In this document: piece after piece, positions 46,683-56,858 of the stretch
Position numbering within the stretch: position 1 is the stretch's first letter
Layout of the letters: the number at the start of each line of letters is the position of its first letter
Virus record (IMG/VR): IMGVR_UViG_3300046459_000427
Coordinates: 1-64,000 of that record
Source of the DNA: a virus
Reading direction: 5' to 3' (one strand)
Length of the DNA stretch: 64,000 nucleotides
The notes under the pieces: generated by a model
Database searches by the model: none
What the model was told of the DNA's origin: nothing
Seen by the model: the letters and a program-made list of their open reading frames with translations, nothing else
Program-made: the position numbers and the translations under genes

Positions 46683-47024
46683 CTACATTCCCTGTCGGTA
46701 CTGACGCCGGAGGTAGAAGTCGCGGTTTCCGATAGCGGAGGGGACCACCACGGTGTTGCGCTGGACGAGTCCAGCCTCGGCAGCATTCGCCTGGTAGAGA
46801 ACTGCGGTCGGGCGCAGGGAGGCGCCGTTCCGCTCCAGGATGTTCGGGCGGTGGGAAGCGGTAGCCGCCTCCAGGAATCCACCCTTGGACTGGTTCTTCT
46901 TCGGGACGGACCGGCCCTTGATGGGCTTGGCCACATTCCCGACCCGGGACGCTGCGGTACCCATGGTCGGACGCAACGACGGGTCATTCGTCGTCACGAG
47001 GTTGTCGCTCTTCTTCTTCGCCAC
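46683..47024 (-). CDS. small basic protein
   Basis: AAGGAG RBS before GTG (AKKKS). Confidence 0.5.
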   Translation of the reverse strand: MAKKKSDNLVTTNDPSLRPTMGTAASRVGNVAKPIKGRSVPKKNQSKGGFLEAATASHRPNILERNGASLRPTAVLYQANAAEAGLVQRNTVVVPSAIGNRDFYLRRQYRQGM

Positions 47025-47371
47025 TTCTGGCTCCTTAGCCGCCGAGGGTTCGGTACGGGTTCTTGTCGATCCACAGCCGCTTGTCGTACGTCTGGGAGGA
47101 GGCACCATTCGCTGATGGCATTGATCCCCCGCCTATACGCCTTCGGTCGTAGTCCTGAGAGCCCAGACCGTTGGCGGAACCACGTACCTGGGTCTCGTCA
47201 AAGACTGAGGTCGGTGTGAATCGCTGGGTATGGACCGGCTGGGCCGACGGGTACTTTGTTTCCATGGCACCAGTCGAAAAGGACCCATTTCGTCCGTCCG
47301 ATACACCATTCATTTCGCCTCCGTGGGATCCTTCCCAGTGTAAAGACGGAATGGCGGCGGTTTAGAACTCG

Positions 47372-47674
47372 TCAGTGGACGAGGATCCGCAGAAGGATCG
47401 CGCTGATTTCTCCGGCGTCGGGGGTGTTCACCGTGGTGAATCCGGGCCGGGTGTCGAGGACGATTCCCCGGGGTGCGACGAAACTGTTGGCGATAGCGAT
47501 TGCCTTGACGCCCTGATTCACCGCTCCGGCACCGATGGCTCGCAGGGTCACACGCTTACCGTCATAGACGGCGTGCGAGATGGCGCTGGCCACACTGGCG
47601 GCGGACGACGAACTCTTGACGCGGAGGATGACCTCGTTACCGGCCCCCTCGTCGGCGTCGAACTGAACTCCCAT
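47372..47674 (-). CDS. spoVS: SpoVS-family protein
   Basis: LRVKSSS...SVASAI...RAIGAGAVNQGVKAIAIA..FVAP.G...PGF; close to B. subtilis SpoVS as I recall it. Confidence 0.85.
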   Translation of the reverse strand: MGVQFDADEGAGNEVILRVKSSSSAASVASAISHAVYDGKRVTLRAIGAGAVNQGVKAIAIANSFVAPRGIVLDTRPGFTTVNTPDAGEISAILLRILVH

Positions 47675-47797
47675 TTGTGTCTCCTGTTGCTCCGATTTGC
47701 ATCACATTTTGAGAATACGGAGCAGCAGGAATCTTGTGTTAATGACAACAGGCCCCGAGGTGTCGTCTTCACCCGGGGCCTGCTGCGCTTCTAGTTG

Positions 47798-48205
47798 TTA
47801 CTTCTGGGAGATCCAGCGACCGATTTCCTGCGCCGGGGGGTTTTCGAGGTAGACCTTGGCGCGGGTGAAGAACTCCGGGTCGTCGCGTGCGTGGCCCAGC
47901 AGGTCATTGCACGGCCGACACAAAAGGCCCCGTACGAGCAGCGTTTTGTGGTCGTGGTCGACGGACAGCCGTCGGGTGGCGCCGGTTGCTCTGCGGCAGA
48001 TGGCGCACCGTCCGCCCTGGGCCTCGTACAAGGCGGTGTAGTCGCCCTCGCCGAGCCCGTAGGTGGTCTGTACGCGCTTCTCGTGGGCGGCCTTGCTGCG
48101 GCGCTTCTTCTCCTCGCGCCAGTGCGTGGCGCACCGTGGGCCGGGGTTGGGCGCTGGGCGCTTGCTCCCCGGCTCGCAGTCCTTGCAGACCTTGGTGTCG
48201 GTCAC
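47798..48205 (-). CDS. endonuclease VII-like
   Basis: QGGRCAIC...LSVDHDH...VRGLLCRPCN..LG. Confidence 0.88.
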   Translation of the reverse strand: MTDTKVCKDCEPGSKRPAPNPGPRCATHWREEKKRRSKAAHEKRVQTTYGLGEGDYTALYEAQGGRCAICRRATGATRRLSVDHDHKTLLVRGLLCRPCNDLLGHARDDPEFFTRAKVYLENPPAQEIGRWISQK

Positions 48206-48810
48206 GCGAAGGCCAGGATCTCCCTGACCTTGGTATGAAGGTCTTCGAGGGTGCCGTCGTTGACCAGGCGGACGTCGAACCACTTGTCCGGGAGGGGCTT
48301 CTCCGACTTGTGGTCGTTGACGGCGCCGATGCCGGGCCGGTCGATCTTGATGAGCAGGCCGAGGCGGGAGTCGATGGCGTGGTGCTCGTTCTCGAACCGC
48401 AGGTCGGTGAAGACGTACTTCTTGTTCTCGTCGAGGTTCTTGAAGGCGGCCTTGACCCACACGTTCTGGTCGATCATCTCGCGGCCGACCTCGGTGCCCA
48501 GGACCTGGAGCATCCGGCGGATCTCCTCGTACTGGCGCTTGGCGTCATCCCAGCCGAGGTTGTCCACGAGGTCCTGGACGCGGAGGTGGTAGCCGTACTC
48601 GTCGGTGATGATGATCGGGTTGAGGACGTACAGGGCCTCGCGGAGGTTGTCGGCGAAGGCGACGGCGGTGTAGCCGTAGTCGGCGAGGATCTTGGCGACG
48701 GTGTCCTTGCCTGCGCTCGGGTAGCCGTGGAGGCCGACGAACTGCGGGAGCCAGGACTCGATGATGTCGTGGCCGTCGGTGGCGGTGGCGGTGGCGGTGG
48801 CGGTGGTCAC
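48202..48810 (-). CDS. deoxynucleoside monophosphate kinase
   Basis: GYPSAGKDT, AFAD.LRE, LQVLGTEVGR, DLRFENE, HKSE. Confidence 0.88.
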   Translation of the reverse strand: MTTATATATATDGHDIIESWLPQFVGLHGYPSAGKDTVAKILADYGYTAVAFADNLREALYVLNPIIITDEYGYHLRVQDLVDNLGWDDAKRQYEEIRRMLQVLGTEVGREMIDQNVWVKAAFKNLDENKKYVFTDLRFENEHHAIDSRLGLLIKIDRPGIGAVNDHKSEKPLPDKWFDVRLVNDGTLEDLHTKVREILAFA

Positions 48811-49020
48811 TGGTTTTCTCCGTTGTTCGTGCTGCGTTCGACGGGGAGGGCGGTACGCGGGTTCATCAGGGCATCAGGCACCGGGCGGGTACTTCCTTGA
48901 CGGGCGCCCATCCGAACCAGGAGCAGGGTGCCTCGGCCCTGAATACGAGGCTGCCTGCCACGAGGACGGCGACGGCGATGCCGAAGAGGAGGCCGATGAC
49001 GGAGTCGGTCTTTCTGCTCA

Positions 49021-49728
49021 TCAGGGGGCCACTCTTCCGTTGTTGGTGTAGGCGATGTAGGTGAGCGGGAAGTGCTCGGCGAACGCCTCCTCCATGTCCT
49101 GCGCGACCTTCTCGATCTCCTGCTGGGGGAAGGAGGGGAACGTGGCGGAGGGGACGCGGGTGCGCAGGCCGAGGAAGTGCATCAGCGAGCGCGGGTTGCA
49201 GGTGGCGTAGAAGGAGGTGAACAGGCCGACCGGGAGGACGTCGCGGGCGATCTCCTTGGCGACTCCGGCCTTGAGCATCCGCTGGTACGAGGACCATGCG
49301 GTGCGGTAGGCCTGCTCGTGCTCCGCGCGGGTGATGCCGTACTGCTCGTCTGTGCCGTCCACGAAGGTGTAGGCGCCGGGCTTGCCCTCCTGCACGAGGG
49401 GGCGCGTGCGGTCGGGGACGTAGAAGACCGGCTCCAACTCCCTGTACCTTCCGCTGGTTTCGTTGTAACTCCAGCCGGAGCGGTGGCGCATGAACTCTCT
49501 GGCCACGAAGATCGGTGCCTCCACGAGGAAGGACAGTTGTCCGTGCTCGAAGGGGCTGCCGTGCCGGTCCCGCATCAGGTAGTTGATCAGGCCGGAGGCC
49601 TCCCCCGACTCCGCCGCAGCAGAGCCGAGGGTGGACACGCGGGCCGCCTGGCAGATCTTCGCGTCGGACCCGGCGAGGTTGTCCAGGTCGAGTGTCGCGG
49701 TGATCTCGGAGCGCTGGGAGATCGTCAC
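49021..49728 (-). CDS. thyX: flavin-dependent thymidylate synthase
   Basis: HGSPFEH, REFMRHR..SYNETSGRY, ARDVLP. Confidence 0.95.
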   Translation of the reverse strand: MTISQRSEITATLDLDNLAGSDAKICQAARVSTLGSAAAESGEASGLINYLMRDRHGSPFEHGQLSFLVEAPIFVAREFMRHRSGWSYNETSGRYRELEPVFYVPDRTRPLVQEGKPGAYTFVDGTDEQYGITRAEHEQAYRTAWSSYQRMLKAGVAKEIARDVLPVGLFTSFYATCNPRSLMHFLGLRTRVPSATFPSFPQQEIEKVAQDMEEAFAEHFPLTYIAYTNNGRVAP

Positions 49729-50405
49729 TTGGCGGACACCTTGCTCTTCGGCGCCTCGTCGTTCTTGATCGTGGCCTTGAAGAAGGCCCCGGCCGCGTCG
49801 TGCCAGACGACGACACCTTCGGGGTCCTGGAAGCCTGGGGCGATGAAGGAGCCGTCCGACTCCAAGGTATGAAGCGCGATGTTGACGGCGTAGTTCAGGT
49901 CGTTGCCGTTGGCGACCAGGATGACCGGGACGACGGTGACCTCCGGCGGGGCCGGTACGGCCTTGGGGAAGGTCGTCAGGTACTGGTCGGTGACCTCGGG
50001 GTCGCGGATGTCGTACCAGCGGTTGACGTTGAAGAGCGCGAATCGCTTCTCGTCGAGGCCGTAGCCGGACTGGATGCCCTTGCCGAACCACTCGCCGTAG
50101 TGGCGGCCGGGGCCGAGCGCGGTCAGCGCCACGGAGTTGTCGAAGACCCAGTTGGCGAAGCCGAAGTTGTCGTTGTTCCGGTCCAGCCAGCGGTTGCGGC
50201 TGCCTGCTCGGACGATGAAGGGTTCGTTGTCGCGGTAGGCGAGGACTCCCTGGGAGACGTCCTGGGTGTCGGCGTCGAAGTCCGCGAGCGGGGTGATCTC
50301 GATCAGGCCGTTCGTGCCGTCGACCTTCTCGGTAAGCACGACCTTGCGGTGCAGGCGGGGGATGGGGCGGAACTTCGGGTAATCGCTGGCCTTGAGGATG
50401 GTCAT
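49725..50405 (-). CDS. second RNA ligase-family protein (Rnl2-like adenylation domain)
   Basis: TEKVDGTN, GSRNRW, YGEWFG.GIQ, EGVVV. Confidence 0.8.
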   Translation of the reverse strand: MTILKASDYPKFRPIPRLHRKVVLTEKVDGTNGLIEITPLADFDADTQDVSQGVLAYRDNEPFIVRAGSRNRWLDRNNDNFGFANWVFDNSVALTALGPGRHYGEWFGKGIQSGYGLDEKRFALFNVNRWYDIRDPEVTDQYLTTFPKAVPAPPEVTVVPVILVANGNDLNYAVNIALHTLESDGSFIAPGFQDPEGVVVWHDAAGAFFKATIKNDEAPKSKVSAK

Positions 50406-50412
50406 GTGGTGG

Positions 50413-50838
50413 TCAGTCCCCTTCGTAGGACGAGTAAGCGCTGAGTGGGATTCCGAAGCGGGGGCCGTAGGGGGTCTCAACCGTTCCTCCGGCCGCGAGC
50501 GCTTCCTTCTTGGAGATACGAAACACCATCTCGTGGTGATTGTCAACGTACTCGATCCAATCCGTTGACAAGCGTATTCCAGGCATCTCGGTGTCCAGGT
50601 CGTACAGGACGTAGCCCTCCCACCGGACGGACTGAACCGAGACGCCGACGTGCTGGTACAGCCGCAGCATCCAGTCGAACTGACCGACCTTGTAGACGTG
50701 CTCGCCCTGACGCACATAGACCGGATCGCGGTAGTTGGACAGGCACGTGCGGGGCGCCCCGGTGTGGAAGGAGTTACGCCACTCCCACGGCGGCCGGGGC
50801 TGCTCCACGCGTGTCGCCCTGCGGAGTACGTACCTCAT
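50413..50838 (-). CDS. hypothetical protein
   Basis: ATGA coupling, fills the operon gap. Confidence 0.45.
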   Translation of the reverse strand: MRYVLRRATRVEQPRPPWEWRNSFHTGAPRTCLSNYRDPVYVRQGEHVYKVGQFDWMLRLYQHVGVSVQSVRWEGYVLYDLDTEMPGIRLSTDWIEYVDNHHEMVFRISKKEALAAGGTVETPYGPRFGIPLSAYSSYEGD

Positions 50839-51344
50839 GCGTTCATCCGTCCGGCGCGGTTCTCCCGGTCGCCACGGCCGACCCTGCGGGTCAGTTCACG
50901 GCTCAGGAGGGTGTTCTTGCGGTCGGCGCTGTCGTAGACGGCCTGGAGCATCTTCCGGTAGGCGTAGGCGGCTGTCTTGGCCTCCTGGGCCGCCACGTAC
51001 TCCGGGTCCTCGTAGGCCATGGCCTTGGCGGCCGTCACGGTCTTCTGGTTGGAGTTGCGGACGGCCGACAGGGCCTTATGCGCTTCGAGTGTGTCGACGG
51101 ACGACTTTTCGTCCACCTCCGCCGCTGCCAGGCGCGCTCCCGTGTACTCCACCCACGACGTCGTCCTGGCGAACAGGCTCATCAGTTCGCCGTCGCTTAG
51201 AGCGGTGGGATCCTCCGGCAGTTCGGGCACGTCGCCGTCCGGCTTCGGGGGCAGGTACAGATCCTCGCGCTCCAGTTTCCTGGTCGCCTTCTGGCTGGGC
51301 GTCTGTACCGCTTCCCAGCCCTTCCTCGCTACCGCTCGCGTCAT
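50835..51344 (-). CDS. helical hypothetical protein
   Basis: AYAYRKML...LLSRELTRR; sits beside the nuclease and RecA genes. Confidence 0.55.
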   Translation of the reverse strand: MTRAVARKGWEAVQTPSQKATRKLEREDLYLPPKPDGDVPELPEDPTALSDGELMSLFARTTSWVEYTGARLAAAEVDEKSSVDTLEAHKALSAVRNSNQKTVTAAKAMAYEDPEYVAAQEAKTAAYAYRKMLQAVYDSADRKNTLLSRELTRRVGRGDRENRAGRMNA

Positions 51345-52293
51345 CGGTGGTGGTCTCCCAGCAGGTGTTGAAGAACGGACAGTCCTTGCAGGTCTTCTTG
51401 TCCTGGCCGCAGAAGTCCGGCCGTGGTGGTGGCTTGCCCTTCTTCAGGGCGTATTTGATGTCCAGAGCGGACTCGAACAGCGGCTCGGCGATCTCCGGGT
51501 TGTACTTGACGACGAATTCCTTGTGGGCCTGCGTCGCCTTGTACTCGTAGAGGAAGATCACCTTGTCGAAGGGAAGGCCCATCTCCTTGCACAGGCGCAG
51601 GTAGATCTGGGTCTGGCGTATGTGGCTGCCGAACGGGCGCCGCAGGGACTTCCACAGGCCGTCTGTGTCGATGACGGTCTTGCCGTCCTCGGTCTTCACG
51701 GTGAACTGCCGCAGCAGCTCGGGCTGGTCGAAGCGGACGGTGCCGTTACCGATGGACTTGACCTCGACGAGCGCGTTCAGGTCCTCAATGGCGCCGTCCT
51801 CGTGCCCGGCGATCAGGAACTCGCTCTCCGCCTGGAGGGGCACCTCGCAGTACTCTAGGTAGACCGGGAGGGCGGCGAGGTCAGTGCGGTTACGGCAGGA
51901 GGGGCAGGCGATGCGTCCGGCCGTGCCCGTCTCCCAGTAGTCGCAGACAGGGCACTTCCACTTCCCCCACAGGCGGCCCATCTGCTGGAGCCACGTCTGC
52001 CACTTCGCGTGGATCGCGTGACCCTCCATGAAGACGGTCTCCAGTTGCGCGGAGAAGTTCCGGCTCTTCTCGGGGGAAGCCCCCGCCAGCCTGTAGTAGG
52101 TCTGACGGGGGCACCAGTCGCTCTTGGCCATCTCCGACGGATGGATGATGTCCTGCCGACGGTCGGTCGGCTTGTCGTGCTCTTCCAGGAGGTGCTTGTG
52201 GATGTCGCCGAGGAGGACGGAATTACTCTTCTTCGTCTCCGCCAGCGACGCGATCCGGCCAGATGGCTTCAAGGGTTTCTTTGCTCGGGGCAC
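51076..52293 (-). CDS. Cas4-like PD-(D/E)xK exonuclease
   Basis: IHPSE..CPR, GHAIH, GHEDG, VEVKS, QTQIY, C...CKDCPF..C. Confidence 0.8.
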   Translation of the reverse strand: MPRAKKPLKPSGRIASLAETKKSNSVLLGDIHKHLLEEHDKPTDRRQDIIHPSEMAKSDWCPRQTYYRLAGASPEKSRNFSAQLETVFMEGHAIHAKWQTWLQQMGRLWGKWKCPVCDYWETGTAGRIACPSCRNRTDLAALPVYLEYCEVPLQAESEFLIAGHEDGAIEDLNALVEVKSIGNGTVRFDQPELLRQFTVKTEDGKTVIDTDGLWKSLRRPFGSHIRQTQIYLRLCKEMGLPFDKVIFLYEYKATQAHKEFVVKYNPEIAEPLFESALDIKYALKKGKPPPRPDFCGQDKKTCKDCPFFNTCWETTTDDASGSEEGLGSGTDAQPEGDQETGARGSVPAPEAGRRRARTAGGSHRSKRRRTDEPVRQDDVVGGVHGSAPGSGGGGRKVVRRHTRSA

Positions 52294-52603
52294 GGTCGAA
52301 ACTCCACTCGTTCTTGGGCACGAACCTCCTGATGTAGGCCCGCTCCAGGACGGTGAGTCCGCCCCAGATTCCGTAGTGCTCGTTGTTGACGAGCGCGAAT
52401 TCCAGACACTGTTCCCGGAGGGGGCAAACCCTTTCGGTATAGGTGCCATTGCAGATGTGCTTGGCCTGGGCCTCGCTGCCGCTGCCGTCCCCGAAGAAGT
52501 CGTCGTGTTCCCGCGTCGGCCGGAACTTGCGGCACGAGGCTTCCTTTTCAGGATTACCTCCGCCGTCCCACTCCGGGGCATTCAGTCGGAGGTGCATTAC
52601 CAC
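52223..52603 (-). CDS. whiB: WhiB-family Fe-S transcription factor
   Basis: C..DDFF...AKHIC...CPLREQCLEFAL...YGIWGGLT. Confidence 0.9.
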   Translation of the reverse strand: MVMHLRLNAPEWDGGGNPEKEASCRKFRPTREHDDFFGDGSGSEAQAKHICNGTYTERVCPLREQCLEFALVNNEHYGIWGGLTVLERAYIRRFVPKNEWSFDRAPSKETLEAIWPDRVAGGDEEE

Positions 52604-52941
52604 GGCAGTATCTCCTCGGCGTCCATTTCCGGATGCGCCAGGGCATGAAGCGCCAGGAAAGTCTCTTCGGACATCGTGATCCAGTTCCTTCCACCGGACA
52701 TCTGAGTCCCGAAGAGCATTTCCCTGCCATCGATCAGGGCTTGCTTCTCTGCGGTGATCAGTTCTTTTTCTTTGAGCGAGTACGAGCCCTTACTGGTGAC
52801 CTTGTACTCGATCGAGTAATCCGGAGTGCGGACGTCGTTCTTTCGCACCCAACCGTTGCCGCTACCCGCGTTCACCGTCCCGCCGAGGAGTTCCGCTCCC
52901 CGCCGCTCCTGCCTCTGGCTCTTCTTGAGCATGTCCGCCAT
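52597..52941 (-). CDS. Holliday junction resolvase-like PD-(D/E)xK nuclease
   Basis: QERR.A..LGG...GSG...KNDV...IEYK. Confidence 0.65.
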   Translation of the reverse strand: MADMLKKSQRQERRGAELLGGTVNAGSGNGWVRKNDVRTPDYSIEYKVTSKGSYSLKEKELITAEKQALIDGREMLFGTQMSGGRNWITMSEETFLALHALAHPEMDAEEILPW

Positions 52942-53073
52942 ATGAGGCCTCCAGGAGTGTGGCGAGGAGATTGAACTTCTCGTGGGACCGGCCCTGGCGC
53001 CGGGAGTACCGGACGCCAAGGGCCAGGATGTAAACGGCTGCTATGACCAGCAGCGCGGAGAGGATGGCCACCA

Positions 53074-54258
53074 TCAGGCGGCCTGGGTATGAAGCCCGTC
53101 GGCCTCTTCCGGCTTCGGCCGTCGGCTGACCTTCTTGGTGCCCGAGTTCTCGGCGGCCGTCAGGTCGTCCTCGGAGATGGAACGCTCATCCGCGTGCTGC
53201 GAGGCGGCGAGGACCTTTTCGTAGAGGAATTCCTGGAGGTCCAGGTCCTCTCGAATTGCGGCGAGGGTGTTCTCCTTGCTGTGCCAGCGAAGGACGGGCT
53301 TTCCCCTGTCGTCGTATTCGCCGTTGTCGACCTCGTAGTAAGCGCCCGCGCGCTTGATGACGTCGAAGAGGATCCCCATGATCATGATTTCCTTTGTGGT
53401 GTCGAAATCACCACGGGTGAAATTCAGATAGGGAGCGGAGCGGAAGTAGGCGTCGATCGTGGCGATCTGCTGCGGGGCCGCCGACTTGTTCTTGATGGTC
53501 TTCACCTTGATGACCTGGCCGACGTTCACCTTGCCCTTTCCGGGCCGAGGCTCCTGAATCCACTCGTCGCGTCGGACTTCCACCCTGGTGTAGAACGCAT
53601 AATTCTTCGCGTTTCCGCCGGGGGTTGTGGTCGGCGTGCCGTGCGGGGAGAACTTGCCGATGGCGTCGCGGTACTGGTTGATGACGATGCCGAGCAGCGG
53701 GCGGTCCTCGGGGTCGGTCATGCTGCGCTTCGTCGCGGCGCCGGACTTCCGGAAGAACTTGCCGGTGAGACGGGCGCCCAGCGCCATGGTCGCCTCGTCC
53801 ATGTCCTTCTCGGACTCCTCGTCCGGTATGAGCGCCGGGTAGGAGTCGAGGACGATCATGTCGACCGAGCGGGACGTCGCGAAGTCGAGCATGGTCTGGT
53901 AGGCGAATTCCATGGCCTGGGTGGGGACGACGATCACGCGGTCGTTGTCGACGCCCAGCGCTTCGGCCTGGTCGGTGTCGTAGTGCTCTGCGGCGATCCA
54001 CAGGCACGTGAAGTCGGGGTCCTTCTTCTGGTTGGCGGCCAGCGTCTTGTAGACGATGAAGGTCTTGCCGTGGGACTCACGGCCGATGACCTCGACCCAC
54101 TGGTTGCCCGGCCAGCCACCGCCGAGGGCGATGTCCAGGGAGAGGGAGCCGGAGGTGAAGCGCTTGGCCACGCGCATGTCCGAGGCGAAACACACGGCAC
54201 CCGGATGGGTCTTGTTGATCTTGGCGAGAAGTGCGAGGGCGTCCTTGTTCACGCTCAA
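53074..54258 (-). CDS. recA: RecA-like recombinase
   Basis: SGSLSLDIALGGG.P, GRESHGKT, VLDS, INQ.R, TPGG. Confidence 0.92.
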   Translation of the reverse strand: MSVNKDALALLAKINKTHPGAVCFASDMRVAKRFTSGSLSLDIALGGGWPGNQWVEVIGRESHGKTFIVYKTLAANQKKDPDFTCLWIAAEHYDTDQAEALGVDNDRVIVVPTQAMEFAYQTMLDFATSRSVDMIVLDSYPALIPDEESEKDMDEATMALGARLTGKFFRKSGAATKRSMTDPEDRPLLGIVINQYRDAIGKFSPHGTPTTTPGGNAKNYAFYTRVEVRRDEWIQEPRPGKGKVNVGQVIKVKTIKNKSAAPQQIATIDAYFRSAPYLNFTRGDFDTTKEIMIMGILFDVIKRAGAYYEVDNGEYDDRGKPVLRWHSKENTLAAIREDLDLQEFLYEKVLAASQHADERSISEDDLTAAENSGTKKVSRRPKPEEADGLHTQAA

Positions 54259-54417
54259 CAGGGGCCCCCGTAGGTATGAAGTCGCATGTGTGGTGTTACT
54301 CCTGATCCGATAGCGCGGAAGCGATAACGAAGAACCGGTAGTCCCCATACCATAACGGTGAAGGGACTACCGGTCCACTCATGTATCAACTAGTCCAGCG
54401 AAGAACTTTGAGAACTT

Positions 54418-56379
54418 TCAGGCAGTCACGAGGTCGACGTCCTCGCAGCCACCGGCCGCCGAGCAAGCCAGCGCCTGGGAGCCCACGGTCTGGTCGTAGG
54501 TCTCGTAAAAGGCCAGGTCCGACCACTCGACGCGGTGCTCCTGGGTGATCAGAGCCTCGTACTCGGCCTCCGTGATCTCCTCGTACGGCGCCTGCACGTA
54601 GGTGTGATCGCTGTACGGAAGGAAGGAGACTCCCGAGATCTCGCCCAGGTGCTCCCAGACCCACTCGCCGACCTCGTCCCACTCGTGCTCGCGCACGCTG
54701 ATGGTCACCGACGGCTTGTGCTCGCACCAGAAGCGCTGATAGGCGAGCCAGATCTTCAGGTGCTCGATCGCGGAGACGTCTTCACGCACCAGCGCGGTGT
54801 TGCTGGCACGCTGGGCGAAGGTGAACACCCACGCCGAGGAGTTGTAGGCGTCCTCCTCGTGCGGAATCCCCCCGTCGATCATCACGAACGAGATGGGGTC
54901 CTTCTTGTCCACCCGCACGCGCCGCTTGTAGAAGCGGGCGTGCTTGGTATGAAGCCCGCTCTCGCAGTCGACCAACTGGGAGACGGTCCCGGAGGGCTTC
55001 ACGCAGGTGATCGCGTCCGAGGACGGGATGCCGATGCGCCGGGCCTCCTTCTCGTTGGCGATGCGGGCCGTCAGGCGAAGGTCGGTCAGCGTGAGGGACG
55101 TGAGGCCGTCACCCTTGCTGCCGTCGGTGTTCTGGTTGCCGAAGACCCCGGTGAGGGAGACGCCCAGCAGCCGCTCCTCCTCCGCGTTCTTGCGCCACTC
55201 CTCACGCAGGTACGGGTAGTCCGTCAGCGTGCTCTGCCAGGTGCCCAGGGTGGCCGCCAGGCTCACCTTGCGCTCCAGGTCCTCGACGGTGTCCTCCGGC
55301 CGCACGACGACCTCGGACAGGTTGCAGAACGAGAACGGCCGAAGAATGATCTCCGAGCACGGGTTGGTCCCGTAGTCGGTGTCGGCCGAGCGGTGCCCGT
55401 ACTTCGCAGCCTGACGCTGGGCCGCACCACGGTGGAAGATGCCACGCTCACCCGAGCCGCTGGCTACCAGGGAGCCCCACTCGGCGCGGAAGTCCTCGTG
55501 ACGCATGCCGTCGTAGTAGACGGCCGAGTTGTTGGCCAGCGCACGGTAGCCGTGATCCTTCCACCACTCCCCAGCCTTCGCCTGCGCCATCTCCTGGTCG
55601 TCCAGATCGGACAGGGAGATCATCGCGGACCGCCGGACACCACCGACCACGACGACGCTGGCTATCTTGCAGGCGATGTCGTGGACCTCGATCGGCCGGA
55701 ACTTCCGACCGGCGGCCTGGTGGAACTTCTCCACGGTGAACGCGAACAGTTCGTCCAGCGGACCCGGGCCGGAGGCACGCCCACCGAAGGTACGAAGGCG
55801 GGCACCGGCAGGCCGGATCCCGGACAGGTCCCACTGGTGTACCTCGCCCTGCCACAGGCCTTCCAGCAGGGCCCGGAACGCATAGCCCCAGCCCTCCTTG
55901 GAGTCCTCGACGACGATCACGTCGGCAGACGCCCGAAGGGTGTCCGGGACGGCAGGCAACTGGTCGGTGTACTGGCGCTCGACCGAGTAGCCGACGCCCG
56001 TGCCGTTCATGAGGATGTAGAGGAGTTCGTCCAGGGCGCGCGGGTCCTGGAGCGGCAGGTACGAACAGTTGAAGCCCGCGATGTTCGAGCGGTCCAGGGC
56101 GGCACCGGCCGTCATCACCGCGCGCATCGACGGCATGACCTCGTGGTTGAGGACCGCCTGGCGGACGGCCGCGACGACCCCCTGCTCGGGGATGTAGTCG
56201 TGCTTGTCCTTCAACTGGCCGAGCATGAAGTCGACGTAGCGGTCGACGGTCTCGGTCCAGGTCTCGCGGCGGTTGCGCTCCTCGTCCCAGCGGGCGTACC
56301 GGGACTTGGCGATGAAGGAGCGGTAGGGGTCGGCGATGTCGCCGGTCGGAGTGAGCAGGGAGGTCACCAGGAGGTCCAT
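54418..56379 (-). CDS. nrdJ: class II (B12-dependent) ribonucleotide reductase
   Basis: FNCSY, TNPCSEI, CVKPSGTVS, EHKPS, C-terminal C..GGC. Confidence 0.92.
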   Translation of the reverse strand: MDLLVTSLLTPTGDIADPYRSFIAKSRYARWDEERNRRETWTETVDRYVDFMLGQLKDKHDYIPEQGVVAAVRQAVLNHEVMPSMRAVMTAGAALDRSNIAGFNCSYLPLQDPRALDELLYILMNGTGVGYSVERQYTDQLPAVPDTLRASADVIVVEDSKEGWGYAFRALLEGLWQGEVHQWDLSGIRPAGARLRTFGGRASGPGPLDELFAFTVEKFHQAAGRKFRPIEVHDIACKIASVVVVGGVRRSAMISLSDLDDQEMAQAKAGEWWKDHGYRALANNSAVYYDGMRHEDFRAEWGSLVASGSGERGIFHRGAAQRQAAKYGHRSADTDYGTNPCSEIILRPFSFCNLSEVVVRPEDTVEDLERKVSLAATLGTWQSTLTDYPYLREEWRKNAEEERLLGVSLTGVFGNQNTDGSKGDGLTSLTLTDLRLTARIANEKEARRIGIPSSDAITCVKPSGTVSQLVDCESGLHTKHARFYKRRVRVDKKDPISFVMIDGGIPHEEDAYNSSAWVFTFAQRASNTALVREDVSAIEHLKIWLAYQRFWCEHKPSVTISVREHEWDEVGEWVWEHLGEISGVSFLPYSDHTYVQAPYEEITEAEYEALITQEHRVEWSDLAFYETYDQTVGSQALACSAAGGCEDVDLVTA

Positions 56380-56402
56380 TCAGTAGGTAAGGAGGGGGGC
56401 GC

Positions 56403-56858
56403 TCAGACGGAGCCGTCAGACCGGATGAACGCGCCGGGGTTGTAGTTGCTCTGTCCGCCTCGGCCGCCAGCGGCGGTCTGCTTGGCGGGGGTGGCCGGTC
56501 CGTCTCCGGTGCTGCCGGACGGAAGGCCTGCGGTGCTCTGCGTGAAGCGCGGGTTGTATCCGCACGTGTAGCACTGAGCCATGGCATTGGGCTGGCCGAT
56601 GGGTTTGAAGTAGTCGTTGCCACCACAGTCGGGGCAGTGGGTGTCCTGCTTGGCGACCATCGCACGGGCCGGAGCCTTGCCCTGGGGCTGCTCTGGCACT
56701 GTCTGCGGGGCCTGCGCCGGGGTGGGGTAGGGCTGCTGTCCGGAGGCCCACCAGGGGCTGCCGGACTGCTGCTGTGGTTGCTGCTGCGGCACCGGGGCCG
56801 GGGCCGGGGCGGCCGGTCGAGCAGCCGCCCCCAACTTGTTAGCCCAGAAGTTGCTCAC
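56403..56858 (-). CDS. Zn-ribbon protein
   Basis: CPDCGG.DYF...CYTCGY. Confidence 0.6.
   Translation of the reverse strand: MSNFWANKLGAAARPAAPAPAPVPQQQPQQQSGSPWWASGQQPYPTPAQAPQTVPEQPQGKAPARAMVAKQDTHCPDCGGNDYFKPIGQPNAMAQCYTCGYNPRFTQSTAGLPSGSTGDGPATPAKQTAAGGRGGQSNYNPGAFIRSDGSV

Noticed and set aside
51076-52293. Cas4-like gene as evidence of a CRISPR system
   Set aside because: No repeat-spacer array or other cas genes seen; solo Cas4-like nucleases are common in phage replication modules
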